A stretch of DNA of 64,000 bases, taken from positions 120,788 to 184,787 of IMG/VR virus record IMGVR_UViG_3300037466_003065; one strand, given 5' to 3'. The translations under genes and the position numbers were made by a program. Source of the DNA: a virus. The notes beneath the pieces are model-generated. The model saw nothing but the letters and a program-made list of their open reading frames with translations. It searched no databases and was not told where the DNA came from. This document shows, piece by piece, positions 43,438 to 53,422 of the stretch; the first letter of the stretch is position 1, and each line of letters opens with the position of its first letter.

Positions 43438-43764
43438 ATGATCCCATACCTCCCCGTGTTGATGCAGCCCCCGGCGGTGCCGGCGCCGCTGCCGTTGCCG
43501 ACGACGACCGAGCCGGTCGTCCCGCTCCCCACTTCTGTGTCGCGGGCCGAGATCCAGCGGTACGTCCTGTCCCTCGCCTTCCTGTTCGTCATCTACTACC
43601 TCGTGCCGGTCGTGCGGGCAAAGCTCGCCGTCCGCGAGGCTCGCCTGCTCAAGGAGGCCGCGGAGCGGGAGGCGAAGCTGCGGCAGGAGGCCGAGGAGCT
43701 GAAGAAGCAGGCCGCAGCGCCGGCGTCCGACAAGCCGAAGGAGGGGCCCAGTGCTCAAGGATAA
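43438..43764 (+). CDS. single-pass membrane protein with coiled coil
   Basis: YVLSLAFLFVIYYLVPVV TM segment, then EAAEREAKLRQEAEELKK; GGAG RBS. Confidence 0.7.
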   Translation: MIPYLPVLMQPPAVPAPLPLPTTTEPVVPLPTSVSRAEIQRYVLSLAFLFVIYYLVPVVRAKLAVREARLLKEAAEREAKLRQEAEELKKQAAAPASDKPKEGPSAQG

Positions 43765-44146
43765 TTACGTCCGCAACGCGACCGTCCTGGAAGTCCACGA
43801 CGGCGACACGATCCTGTGCCGCATCGATTGCGGTTACAACCTGAACGGCCCGGAGGTCTGGCTCCGCATCCGCAACGACTGGGCGGCGGAACTGGACGAG
43901 CCCAAGGGGCCCGAGGCGGGCGACCACCTGCGAGAGATCCTCGCGCGGGCCAACAACCAGGTCGTCGTCCAGACCTTCCCGATCGACGAGCCCAAGAAGA
44001 TCGTGACCGGGCGAGGGGTCACCATGAAGCAGTCGTTCGTGCGGTACATCGCCGACGTCTACATCATGGGCCGCAGCGTCGCCGAGGTGATGGTGGCGGA
44101 CGGTTTCGCGACTGCAGAAAGAACGGACGGAAAGCCGAAGAAGTAG
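43751..44146 (+). CDS. thermonuclease (SNase-fold) family protein
   Basis: VLEVHDGDTI..IDCG..LRIRNDWAAEL...FVRYIADVY...VAEVMVADGFA. Confidence 0.8.
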   Translation: MLKDNYVRNATVLEVHDGDTILCRIDCGYNLNGPEVWLRIRNDWAAELDEPKGPEAGDHLREILARANNQVVVQTFPIDEPKKIVTGRGVTMKQSFVRYIADVYIMGRSVAEVMVADGFATAERTDGKPKK

Positions 44147-44176
44147 GCCACAGGTTTTGATTTGGAAGAGAGGCAC

Positions 44177-44788
44177 ATGTCCCAGAGATTGAAAGTCACC
44201 GTCGCGTTCGACCCGTCGCCGTCCGAGCTGGACGACCAGGCCGGCGACTTGCACCGGCACGAGAAGCACGGCTACATCGTCGAGTACATGGTCGGCGTTC
44301 CGGGCGGCACCCCGCCGGCGAGGCAGCAGATGCACATCCCGGTCGGCACCTACCAGTTCTCGGTGGAGGCCGCCGTGGGCGAGATGGTCGACGCCTACAT
44401 CTCCTACGTCGACGCGAAGGGGATCCGCTCGAAGAGCGTGCGGTACATGTCGAGCATTACCGGCAGCGTCGAGCCCCAGCCGCCGGCCCGCCTGCGGATG
44501 GCGGCCGTCGTGCCGATCGTCGCCGTGTCCGAGCCGACGACGCAACCGGCCGTGCCGGTCAAGATCCCGGACGGCACCTGGGTCGCGGTGAACACCAACG
44601 GCCAACAGGCCACCGTCCGTTCGGTGGATCAGGACGGCCGCAGCCTGCACCTGTCGCTCGACGAGAACACGAACTTCGTGATCGACGTGATCGATAACGC
44701 CGACGCGATCGACCACGTCCTCACACCCAAGGGCGAGCGGATCAGCTTCAACGAATTTCTGCAGGAGATCGGGCTCGCCTCCCGATAG
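44177..44788 (+). CDS. hypothetical protein
   Basis: GAGAGG RBS; codon bias. Confidence 0.75.
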   Translation: MSQRLKVTVAFDPSPSELDDQAGDLHRHEKHGYIVEYMVGVPGGTPPARQQMHIPVGTYQFSVEAAVGEMVDAYISYVDAKGIRSKSVRYMSSITGSVEPQPPARLRMAAVVPIVAVSEPTTQPAVPVKIPDGTWVAVNTNGQQATVRSVDQDGRSLHLSLDENTNFVIDVIDNADAIDHVLTPKGERISFNEFLQEIGLASR

Positions 44789-44864
44789 ATCCTGCGAACA
44801 ATCCTCCTTCCCCATGGGCACCCTGTACCGAGAGGCGGGTGCCCGTGTTATTTCAGGACACACC

Positions 44865-45227
44865 ATGCTCCAACTCTACAAGGTCAGCTACCAGTACCGT
44901 CTCGCCGGGGACACCAACTGGATCGACGACGCGGACGCCGTCGTCGCCGGGGACAACGGCCAGGTCGCGATCGCGGAGGTCGAGTCGGCCGTGCGGTCGG
45001 CGACCGTCGACTTCAGCGACGACGAGGACGGCAGCGACGTGCGGGCGGTCGAAGACTTCCGCCTTGTCGCCCTCGAGCGAGTCGCCCGGGTCGACCGCAT
45101 TTCGGTTTCCGCGCTCGAGCAGGTCGGCGTCCTGACCGAGATCGACACGGTCGAGGAGACGCACTACGTCGACCCGCCCGCCAGCGACACGCTGGTCGCG
45201 ACGACCCAGTCGCCAGGCCCGCTCTAA
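44865..45227 (+). CDS. hypothetical protein
   Basis: AGGA RBS; codon bias. Confidence 0.7.
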   Translation: MLQLYKVSYQYRLAGDTNWIDDADAVVAGDNGQVAIAEVESAVRSATVDFSDDEDGSDVRAVEDFRLVALERVARVDRISVSALEQVGVLTEIDTVEETHYVDPPASDTLVATTQSPGPL

Positions 45228-45264
45228 ACAACGGCCGACACGCCATAGAGCCGATAGGTATGGC

Positions 45265-45516
45265 ATGCGTGCCCTCGACCCGACGAACGTTCGATTCATC
45301 GATTCGATGAAGTTGCCGGCGGGTCAGTACGCCGGCCAGTCACTCCTGGACATCGCCGAGAACCCCATCGGCCTGCTCGAGCTGGACAGGATCGCCCTCG
45401 CCGGCCCGCAGCGGCCGAAGTGGTGCTCGGCCCGCCTGCTCTTCGCGATCCAGCGGTTCGTGACCCGCCCCGAGGTGGAGAAGCGGATCGACGAACTGTA
45501 CAAGTCGCCTCAGTAG
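45265..45516 (+). CDS. hypothetical protein
   Basis: MPAGQYAGQSL...resembles DUF3820/exonuclease X C-terminal motif. Confidence 0.65.
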   Translation: MRALDPTNVRFIDSMKLPAGQYAGQSLLDIAENPIGLLELDRIALAGPQRPKWCSARLLFAIQRFVTRPEVEKRIDELYKSPQ

Positions 45517-45525
45517 GGGGTCGCC

Positions 45526-46257
45526 ATGGGCAACCGCGTCTACGTTCCGGACGGGGCCATCGCGATCACGGACAAGTCCCACAAGATCTCGTCCGTCTGG
45601 TTCAAGGCCCTCCTGGAAGGCATCGACCACATGAATGACACGCTCACGATCGGCATCGACGAGGTGGGCGTCGGCTCCTGGTTCGGCCCGATGGTCGTCG
45701 TCGGCACGGCGAACCTCACCGGCTGGCACATCGACGGCATCAAGGACTCGAAGAAGATCAAGAGCGAGAAGGTTCGCCAGGCCCTCGCCAGCGAGATCCA
45801 GCACAACTGCCTTTGGGTGGCCGCGACGATGTCGGCCGAGGCCGTTGACAAGTTCGGCACCCACGAACTGCTCAAGCACGCCAACCGCCGCATTGCCAGG
45901 GCCCTGGTCGCCAAGATCCGCGAGAACCTCCCCTACCCCCAGCCCGCGATCCGCGTCGTCATCGACGGCGGCGGGGACAACTGGACTGAAGACGGGGTTC
46001 GGTACCAGTCGATACCACAAGCTGACGCGTCGGTGTTCGAGGTCTCCGCGGCCTCCATCGTCGCGAAGGTGATCTGCGACAATTGGATCCACGACGCCGT
46101 GAAGGCGTCGCCGGGACTCGCGGAGTATGACTTGGACAGCAACAAGGGGTACGGCACCGCCGCCCACATCGCCGGCCTTCAACGGCTCGGCCTGACCCCG
46201 CACCACCGTGCGAGGATGTGTGCGAAGTACGCCGGCCCCACGAGGAGATTGGCATGA
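45526..46257 (+). CDS. rnhB: ribonuclease HII
   Basis: GIDEVGVGSWFGPMVV, IKDSKK, VIDG, ADA...VSAASIVAKV.D, NKGYGT..H...GLTPHHR. Confidence 0.9.
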   Translation: MGNRVYVPDGAIAITDKSHKISSVWFKALLEGIDHMNDTLTIGIDEVGVGSWFGPMVVVGTANLTGWHIDGIKDSKKIKSEKVRQALASEIQHNCLWVAATMSAEAVDKFGTHELLKHANRRIARALVAKIRENLPYPQPAIRVVIDGGGDNWTEDGVRYQSIPQADASVFEVSAASIVAKVICDNWIHDAVKASPGLAEYDLDSNKGYGTAAHIAGLQRLGLTPHHRARMCAKYAGPTRRLA

Positions 46258-46700
46258 GTCAGTATCTGGAACTGCCGAGCGAGGACGACGACGTCAAGAC
46301 CGAGCAGGACATCGCCGAGGAGTCACACGACCCCGTCCCCCAGCGGGCGTACAAGAATTACGGCGACTGCTACGCGTACCAAGTCCACGTGTCCTTGAAG
46401 GGTAACGGCGTCGGCGCCGTGACGACCCTCCTGCACAAGGAGAAGTTCACCCAGGCCGAGCTGAAGGGGAAGGTCGACGCGGCCCTCCGCGTCTGCTACG
46501 AGACGCGGACGCTGAAGCGACGCGAGCAACTGGCCAAGTCACAGACGGCCGTCCCCAGCTCGGTCAAGCTGAACGAGGAGCACTTCGAGAACGACATCAT
46601 CTACTTCGAGGGTGTGATGATGGACAAGTTCGACTTCCGGAAGCTGGTCTGCGAGACCGCGGCCGGCGAGATGACCCCAACCATCCTCGAGAAGTGGTGA
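46254..46700 (+). CDS. hypothetical protein
   Basis: ATGA overlap; AGGAG RBS. Confidence 0.75.
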   Translation: MSQYLELPSEDDDVKTEQDIAEESHDPVPQRAYKNYGDCYAYQVHVSLKGNGVGAVTTLLHKEKFTQAELKGKVDAALRVCYETRTLKRREQLAKSQTAVPSSVKLNEEHFENDIIYFEGVMMDKFDFRKLVCETAAGEMTPTILEKW

Positions 46701-46704
46701 CCCC

Positions 46705-46875
46705 GTGATCCCGATCCGACCAGGCTTCACTGCCGGCCACGCCGGCTTCGTCCGCTCGCTCGGCGTCAACCTGCCCAAGCGGCAGTGCGACGACTGCAAG
46801 CACATTTTTCAGGCCCGCCCGGACTCGTCGGCCTGCCCGAAGTGCCAGAGCGAGAAGACGACCGAGATGAAGTAG
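46705..46875 (+). CDS. small zinc-ribbon protein (56 aa)
   Basis: CDDCKHIF...CPKCQS. Confidence 0.6.
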   Translation: MIPIRPGFTAGHAGFVRSLGVNLPKRQCDDCKHIFQARPDSSACPKCQSEKTTEMK

Positions 46876-46944
46876 TTTCGATTCTGTGGAGCCTTCGGCC
46901 GCCACCTGCCGATCCTAATCCCACCAAGATTAGGAGAAGCTCAG

Positions 46945-47703
46945 ATGGCACAGAAGCATCGTGAAGTCGCGGAGAAGGTGTTCGAGCATGAGCTCGGCCT
47001 GATCAGCAACCAGGGCATTCGGCAGTTCGTCCTCGACGTGTTCGAGCTGTTCGGGCACGACGGGTTCTTCGTCCGCGCGGCGTCCCGCTCGGGCAGGTAC
47101 CACCCGTTCGTGAACCTGAACAAGATCGGGGTCGGCGGCCTGGTGAGGCACACCAAGCTGGTCGCCTACTACGCCTCGCGGTTCAGCCGGGCGTTCCACG
47201 GCACCGGTCGTGGTTCCGACCACCCGCAGGGCGAAGACCTCGGGCCGTTCCACGACGAGTGCGTGGCCGCCGCAATCCTGCACGACCTGATGAAGGACGG
47301 TGACCCCGATCGGAAGGACGAGCCGGCGCGGCAGGGCAAGGATGCGTGGAGGTTGATCACCGGCTGCCACGGCATTGACCTGTGCGAGGCGATCTTCAAG
47401 CGGATGCTACGTGGGCAGGCCACCGAGTCGCAGACCCTGATCCTGTACGGGATCGCTTGTCACATGGGCGTCTGGACGAGCGACCAGCGGTACAACCCGT
47501 TCAAGCTGCCGTTCGGCGACCAGCGTCGCGTCGCCGAGCTGGTGCACATGGCCGATTACGCCGCGGCCCAGAAGTCGGACGACGTGATCGCCGGCCTGAC
47601 CGGCCAAGGTGCCCTCGACCACTACGCCAAGCTCGTCGAGGGCTTCGAGGATCCGGACGATCGGGCCAACACGAAGAAGGCCAAGGAGATCGCGGGGGTG
47701 TGA
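46945..47703 (+). CDS. HD-domain phosphohydrolase
   Basis: ASRSGRYHP...GGLVRHT...AAILHDLMK...CHMG...VHMADY. Confidence 0.85.
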   Translation: MAQKHREVAEKVFEHELGLISNQGIRQFVLDVFELFGHDGFFVRAASRSGRYHPFVNLNKIGVGGLVRHTKLVAYYASRFSRAFHGTGRGSDHPQGEDLGPFHDECVAAAILHDLMKDGDPDRKDEPARQGKDAWRLITGCHGIDLCEAIFKRMLRGQATESQTLILYGIACHMGVWTSDQRYNPFKLPFGDQRRVAELVHMADYAAAQKSDDVIAGLTGQGALDHYAKLVEGFEDPDDRANTKKAKEIAGV

Positions 47704-47728
47704 GTGGTGGGGAGAGGTGGTGTGGGGT

Positions 47729-47767
47729 GAAGGGCCCGGCGACTCACGCGTCGGGCCCTTCTGTTTT
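47729..47767 (+). terminator. intrinsic terminator
   Basis: GAAGGGCCCG/CGGGCCCTTC stem, then TGTTTT. Confidence 0.7.
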
Positions 47768-47783
47768 GCCGATAAGGGGAGAG

Positions 47784-48641
47784 ATGAGGATCGTCGGCTA
47801 CGACAGCAACCCGGTGACCTACGACGAGCTGCCGAGCAGCTTGCGGCCCGTTCGTTTCATCCCCCTCGCCCGCAAGAGCCCGGAGAAGCCGCGGGAGATG
47901 GCCGAGACCAAGCCGGCCAAGACCGTCCCGCTGCCCGACACGAGCCACCTCACCCCCGGCAAGGCGAAGCGGATGGCCAACCTCGCCCAGTACAAGGGCA
48001 GGTCGAAGGAGGGGAGCGCACGGTCGTACGCCAACTTAGGAAGACGGAACATGGAACAATCCAACGTGAAGCGGAAAGAAGTCCCGGAGGGCATGCCTCA
48101 GCCCAAGCACCTCCAGCTCGCGGTGCCCGACGTCCCCACCGGGTCGCTCGTCCGCGGCCGGTGGCTCCGGGCCGTCACGTCCACCGAGGAGCACAACCTC
48201 TACGTCGACACGTGGGTCGAGTGGATGACCGCCCACAAGGACGAGTACGACCAGCCCGAAGACCTGATGGATCTCCACCGCGTCTGCATGGAGGTCGTGA
48301 TCCAGGCCCGCCTCGACCTGCTGTCCCAGACCAACCCGAAGATGGACAACAGCGTCGCCTACAACCAGAGCTTCAACCGTCAGCAGGTGGCCCGCCAGAA
48401 CCTGACCGCCCGCCGCGTCGACCGCACCGGCACGAAGGCGAACGACCGCAAGAACTCCCTGAACATCGGGATCATGGTCGGCTCCCTCGACAATGCCGCG
48501 ATCGCCCAGCGTCGTGCCGAGGCCCTCGCCAGGGAGGCCGCCGTCGACGACTTCCTCGAGGGGACGGTCGTCGCCAGCAAGTCCCTGCCGCCGGCCAATC
48601 CGAAACTCGAAGATCAACTCGACAACGCCCCCATGCAGTAA
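47784..48641 (+). CDS. putative terminase small subunit
   Basis: Directly upstream of TerL; basic N-terminus, helical core with LxxRRVDR. Confidence 0.5.
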   Translation: MRIVGYDSNPVTYDELPSSLRPVRFIPLARKSPEKPREMAETKPAKTVPLPDTSHLTPGKAKRMANLAQYKGRSKEGSARSYANLGRRNMEQSNVKRKEVPEGMPQPKHLQLAVPDVPTGSLVRGRWLRAVTSTEEHNLYVDTWVEWMTAHKDEYDQPEDLMDLHRVCMEVVIQARLDLLSQTNPKMDNSVAYNQSFNRQQVARQNLTARRVDRTGTKANDRKNSLNIGIMVGSLDNAAIAQRRAEALAREAAVDDFLEGTVVASKSLPPANPKLEDQLDNAPMQ

Positions 48642-48706
48642 TCCCCGGATGAAAATTCGGGCATCGGACTGAATATTTCGGCCAGTAATGTCGAAATGTT
48701 CAGAGC

Positions 48707-50506
48707 ATGGCTGAGAAGATATCCCGTAACGCGGACAAGTACCTCATGGGGTCTGAAAAGACCAAGGAGGAGCTCGTCCAGTTCTGGCAACAGAACCCCG
48801 TCATCGCGGCGAGGGACATCTACGGCGAGGACGTCTGCGACTTCGACAAGCCCCAACAGGTCTACGTCAACACCGTCTGGAAGCACGACCAGGTCATCGG
48901 GGTGATGAGCCGCGGCACCGGTAAGACGTTCACCAGTGGCGCCACCGCCGGCCTGGCCGGCCTGCTCTACCCCGGCAATCGCGTCGGCCTGATCGGCCCC
49001 TCGTTCCGGCAGAGCAAGATGCTCTTTCGCGAGATCGAGGCCCTGTGGGAGGCATCGCCCCTGTTCCAGGAGGCGACCGTCCGGGCCCCGTCGTGGACGC
49101 CGGAGAGCTGCTACATCAAGTTCCACGCCGCCCCCGGCCGGAAGGCGAGCTGGATCGAGGCCCTGCCGCTCGGCACGGACGGCAGCAAGATCCGCGGTGC
49201 CCGCTTCTACTGGCTGTTCGGCGACGAGGGCGCCCAGATCGAGAGCGACATCCTCGACACGGTCGTGTTCGGGTTCTTGGCCACCAGCGGCAACCCGATG
49301 AAGAACGTCCGCGAGCTCGAGCGGCAGCGGAAGTTGATTGCTGCCGGCCTGATGGAAGAGTCGGAGCTGATCAAGCCCAAGGCCAACAAGTTCATCCTCA
49401 CCTCGACGGCCTACTACCAGTACAACCACCTCTGGACGCGCGTCCAGAAGTTCATCCAGGACATCCTCGCCCAGAAGCGTAAGCACCTCAAATCGGGCAT
49501 GAGCCCGGAGGAGGTCGCCAAGCTGATCGTCTGCAAGGGTGGGGCCCTGAACGAGGGGCAGATCCCGCACCGTGTGATGAGCGACGGGACGAACGCACTG
49601 TGCGCGTTCACCTACAAGGACATGTCCGAAGGGTTCATGTCCGAGAAGACGATCGAGAACGCCCGGCTCACCATGAGCCAATACAAGTTCCTGATGGAGT
49701 ATTGGGCGTACTTCCCGCCCGACTCCGAGGGCTTCTTCCGCCGCAACCTGCTCGACCGGCAGCGGGAGCACCGGCGGTTCTCGGCCGTGATCGACCCGCA
49801 ACCGGGGATGATCTACGTCATGGGGGTCGACCCCGCCCGGTCGTCGGACAACTTCTCGATCGCGATCTTCGAGATCGACCCGACCCGCATGTCGGTCAAC
49901 CTGGTGCGGGTCATGGCGTGGAACAACAAGTCGTTCCCGTACATGCACCAGGAAGTCCGTCGCCTGATCCGCCACTACAAGATCGAATACTTCAAGATGG
50001 ACGGCGGGGGCGGCGGCACGACGATTCGCGACCTACTCGCCAACGACATGAATTGCCCCCCGGGCGACTCGCTGATCCTCGAGCACGACAACGAGGATCA
50101 CAAGCTCCTGGTCGGCAAGAAGATCCTCGGCCCGCTCGTCAACTTCAGCTCGGCCCAGTGGGTCGAGGACGCGAACGACAACCTCCTCTCGGGCCTCCAA
50201 CACAACCGCCTCCTGATCCATGCCCCGTTCCCCGTGGGCTCCGAGCTCACGACGGCCGGCGCCGAATTGAACGAGAAGGAGCTGGCCGACGAGGAGATGG
50301 AGCACGCCCTGTCCGAGTGGTCGTCGATCGTCCAGTCGCTGGTCGGCAACCGTCGCCACTTCGACACGCCCAGCAGCACGCAACGCAAGGACAGGTACTC
50401 CGCGATCCTGATCGGCTACGACGCGGCCCTGCACGTACTCGGAAGACTCGGTAAGCCTCGCACGCTCGCCATGGGCGGGTGGGGGCAGATTCACGCGCAA
50501 CGATAG
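48707..50506 (+). CDS. terL: terminase large subunit
   Basis: SRGTGKT Walker A, GARF...GDE Walker B, STA coupling motif, GVDPAR nuclease Asp, KDRYSA. Confidence 0.92.
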   Translation: MAEKISRNADKYLMGSEKTKEELVQFWQQNPVIAARDIYGEDVCDFDKPQQVYVNTVWKHDQVIGVMSRGTGKTFTSGATAGLAGLLYPGNRVGLIGPSFRQSKMLFREIEALWEASPLFQEATVRAPSWTPESCYIKFHAAPGRKASWIEALPLGTDGSKIRGARFYWLFGDEGAQIESDILDTVVFGFLATSGNPMKNVRELERQRKLIAAGLMEESELIKPKANKFILTSTAYYQYNHLWTRVQKFIQDILAQKRKHLKSGMSPEEVAKLIVCKGGALNEGQIPHRVMSDGTNALCAFTYKDMSEGFMSEKTIENARLTMSQYKFLMEYWAYFPPDSEGFFRRNLLDRQREHRRFSAVIDPQPGMIYVMGVDPARSSDNFSIAIFEIDPTRMSVNLVRVMAWNNKSFPYMHQEVRRLIRHYKIEYFKMDGGGGGTTIRDLLANDMNCPPGDSLILEHDNEDHKLLVGKKILGPLVNFSSAQWVEDANDNLLSGLQHNRLLIHAPFPVGSELTTAGAELNEKELADEEMEHALSEWSSIVQSLVGNRRHFDTPSSTQRKDRYSAILIGYDAALHVLGRLGKPRTLAMGGWGQIHAQR

Positions 50507-50518
50507 GAGAGATGACCC

Positions 50519-53026
50519 ATGCCCCCTCGCCCCACTCAGACCGTCCGCAGCACCGGCACCCTCGTCTCCACGATGCAGGAGGACGTCCGTCGTAAACACG
50601 ACGACATGTCCAACCCGCAGAGCTGGATGCGGACGCACACGCTCGACTTCAAGTCGGGCCAGCTCGTCCCGCACGAGTTCGCGGCCGGGGCCCCGCCCGT
50701 GTTCCAGCGGATCCAGGCGAACAAGGTGGGTAACGGCAAGTTCGAGTTCACCGTGCCGAACCTCGCCCACGGCACCGCGAGCGCGTACGGCCCCACGTCG
50801 CTCGACACGAACGGGTACATGCAGGATCAGATCGGCCTGTGGGACTCGTTCGACAACAACTTCGACGGCAAGCTGAACATGCGGAAGGCCGTCCGCTGGT
50901 GGGAGCGGGACGAGGTCGTCTTCAAGTGCATCCGCACGCTCTGCCAACTCTCCAACTCGGCCATCACGTGGGAGTCGCCCGACGACGACGTGCAGGCCCT
51001 GTTCGAGCTGTGGCACGAGTCGGCCGCCCCGCACTCGTTCCGCAAGCAGTTCTTCCTCGAATACTACCGCACCGGGATGGTGCCGATCTTCAAGACCCTG
51101 ATCGACTACGTCCCCCGCGAGTACAAGGACAACAAGGTGCCCGCCCTGCAGGGCGGCAACGTCTACGCGAGGGCGACCGCCGAGCAGGCCCAGGCCGCCA
51201 AGACGCAGGAGATCCTCGCCCGCGCGAAGGCCGACCTGGAGGAGTACAGGCAGGCCCAGGCCACCTACAGGGACATGGAGGAGCGGCACAAGCAGGGGCT
51301 GTGCTCGAAGCAGCGGCTGGAGAAGTACCAGCAGGCCGTCGCCCTGAAGCAGTACAAGTGGCGGAAGAACCAGATCCCGGGCAAGTACATCATCCTCAAC
51401 CCGCTCCGCATCGACATGGACGGGCCCGCGGACATGGTCTGGCTCCAGCAGCCGTTCTTGAACGTCGACACGCTGGTCGCCCAGTCGGTGGTCAGCCCCT
51501 CCCAGCTCCAGCAGGACATCGTCTCCCAGATGCCCGCGGAGATCGTGTTCCAGATCCGCAACGGCCAGAACCGCGTCTGGCTCGCGCCCAACGTCTTCAA
51601 GATCGTCTGGGGCGACAAGCAGGACTACGAGCGATACCCGACGCCGATCACGACCCACGCCTTCCCCGCCCTCGAGATGAAGCAGGAGCTTTACTCGATG
51701 GACATGAGCACGATCCGCGGCGTCAAGAACCGCATCCTGCTCGTGAAGGTCGGCGACAAGGACTACCCGGCCCTCGACCCGGCGCAGATCGCGATGGCCC
51801 AGAAGGTGTTCAACCAGCCCGCGCGGAACATGACGTTCTTCTGGAATCACGCGATCACGCTGGAGTGGATCGAGCCCCAGCTCGACTCGCTGAAGGATCA
51901 GGGCAAGTACGCCAAGTGGGACGCCGCGATCCGCACCGTGTTCGGCGTGTCGGCCGTCCTGACCGGCACGAGCGAGACGGCCGGCGCCATCGGCAACTCG
52001 GTGATGAACTTCAAGGGCCTCGAGGAGGAGGTCAACGAGGCCCAGGAGGCGTACCTCGAGTGGCTCCGCGGCGAGGTGCGGATGCTCAAGTCGGCCCTCG
52101 GCATCGCCGCCCCGATCGAGCCCAAGTTCGACAAGCTGAACCTGAAGGACGAGGTCAAGTTCATGGCCGTCATCATGCAGATGGTGATGAACGGCCTGCT
52201 GGATCCGCAGACCGCGCTCGAGACGATGCGGTTCCACTTCCCCACCGTCACGAAGCGGATGGAGAACGCGAAGAAGCTGCGGTCGAAGGGCCTGTTCGTG
52301 CCGACCCCCTCGGCCAACAACATGGGCCCGGACGGCCAGCCCCTCCCGACCGGCGGCGGCCAGTCCAAGCCGGGCGGCAAGGGCGGCACGTCGTCCGGCG
52401 GCAAGCCGGCGAACAGCCCGGGCGCCAAGAACAACTCGAACCGCGCCGGCACGTCGACCCCGAAGAAGGCCAAGGCCCGCCTTGTCCAGATGGGCGAAGA
52501 GGTCGGCCTCGTCGTCGATTGTTCGGACTTGGACTCCGAACAGATCGAGCAGATCTCCGAACGTTTCGAGATCCCCACCGACCACATCTTCTCCGCGGCC
52601 GCCTACGAGGCCGCCCACGGGACGAAGGTGAGCTTCGTCACCCCGCTCCCCGACCTGTCGATGGGCGAGATGGCGATGGCGCTTCGGGACGCGATCAGCC
52701 TCCACACCCGCGTGAACGCGAAGGTGGAGCAGGACATCGCCGCCGCCCGTGGGGTCAGCACGGGCGACGGCAAGCGGGGCTCATACGTCACGAAGGACAA
52801 GAAGAAGCAGCTCCACGACGCGGCCAAGGCGTCGATCCTCAAGCCCTGGTTGGACGAGGTGGCCGGCGGCCAGCCCGATAACTGGGAGGAGACCATGGCC
52901 GAGATCAAGGACGAGTTTTCGGACATGGGGGTGGAGTTGCAGGGGCTGGATGTCGATTTGGATGTGTACGCGTGGGCGATCTGCACCCACCGGGCAAAGA
53001 AGGCCATGGCCGCCAAGGCCAATTAA
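50519..53026 (+). CDS. portal protein with insertions and C-terminal extension
   Basis: Follows TerL; LNPLRI, HAF.ALEMK...DMSTIRG.KNRILLVKVG, FDKLNLKDE pattern of large-phage portals. Confidence 0.8.
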   Translation: MPPRPTQTVRSTGTLVSTMQEDVRRKHDDMSNPQSWMRTHTLDFKSGQLVPHEFAAGAPPVFQRIQANKVGNGKFEFTVPNLAHGTASAYGPTSLDTNGYMQDQIGLWDSFDNNFDGKLNMRKAVRWWERDEVVFKCIRTLCQLSNSAITWESPDDDVQALFELWHESAAPHSFRKQFFLEYYRTGMVPIFKTLIDYVPREYKDNKVPALQGGNVYARATAEQAQAAKTQEILARAKADLEEYRQAQATYRDMEERHKQGLCSKQRLEKYQQAVALKQYKWRKNQIPGKYIILNPLRIDMDGPADMVWLQQPFLNVDTLVAQSVVSPSQLQQDIVSQMPAEIVFQIRNGQNRVWLAPNVFKIVWGDKQDYERYPTPITTHAFPALEMKQELYSMDMSTIRGVKNRILLVKVGDKDYPALDPAQIAMAQKVFNQPARNMTFFWNHAITLEWIEPQLDSLKDQGKYAKWDAAIRTVFGVSAVLTGTSETAGAIGNSVMNFKGLEEEVNEAQEAYLEWLRGEVRMLKSALGIAAPIEPKFDKLNLKDEVKFMAVIMQMVMNGLLDPQTALETMRFHFPTVTKRMENAKKLRSKGLFVPTPSANNMGPDGQPLPTGGGQSKPGGKGGTSSGGKPANSPGAKNNSNRAGTSTPKKAKARLVQMGEEVGLVVDCSDLDSEQIEQISERFEIPTDHIFSAAAYEAAHGTKVSFVTPLPDLSMGEMAMALRDAISLHTRVNAKVEQDIAAARGVSTGDGKRGSYVTKDKKKQLHDAAKASILKPWLDEVAGGQPDNWEETMAEIKDEFSDMGVELQGLDVDLDVYAWAICTHRAKKAMAAKAN

Positions 53027-53038
53027 GGAATTATCACC

Positions 53039-53416
53039 ATGGAACAGATCGAGTTCACGCAGGCGACGGCGGCCACGAAGGTCGAAAACATCGAGATCAC
53101 CTCGGACGGCACCGTTGGCGGCACCACCGTCAAGGTGAACGGCAAGGCGATTAAGAACCTCTCGCAGGCCAACTTCTCGCTCTACACGGGGACGTACGAC
53201 AACGACGTCTACTTCTCCTTCACCACGAAGGACTCCAAGCCGGCGCCCGGCGAGCTGTGCCAGGAGACGTACTTCCGGCTCGTCCCACCCAGCTCCAAGG
53301 CCGTGGCCGCCCTCCAGGAGCCCATCGTGATCGAGCGGACGAACGTGGCGCCGCCCGCCCCTCCCGCGAAATCGCAACCGGCCGACTCACTTCGCGAGAT
53401 CTACCGGTCGATGTAA
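53039..53416 (+). CDS. hypothetical protein
   Basis: AAGGAATT leader. Confidence 0.75.
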   Translation: MEQIEFTQATAATKVENIEITSDGTVGGTTVKVNGKAIKNLSQANFSLYTGTYDNDVYFSFTTKDSKPAPGELCQETYFRLVPPSSKAVAALQEPIVIERTNVAPPAPPAKSQPADSLREIYRSM

Positions 53417-53422
53417 CTGAAC

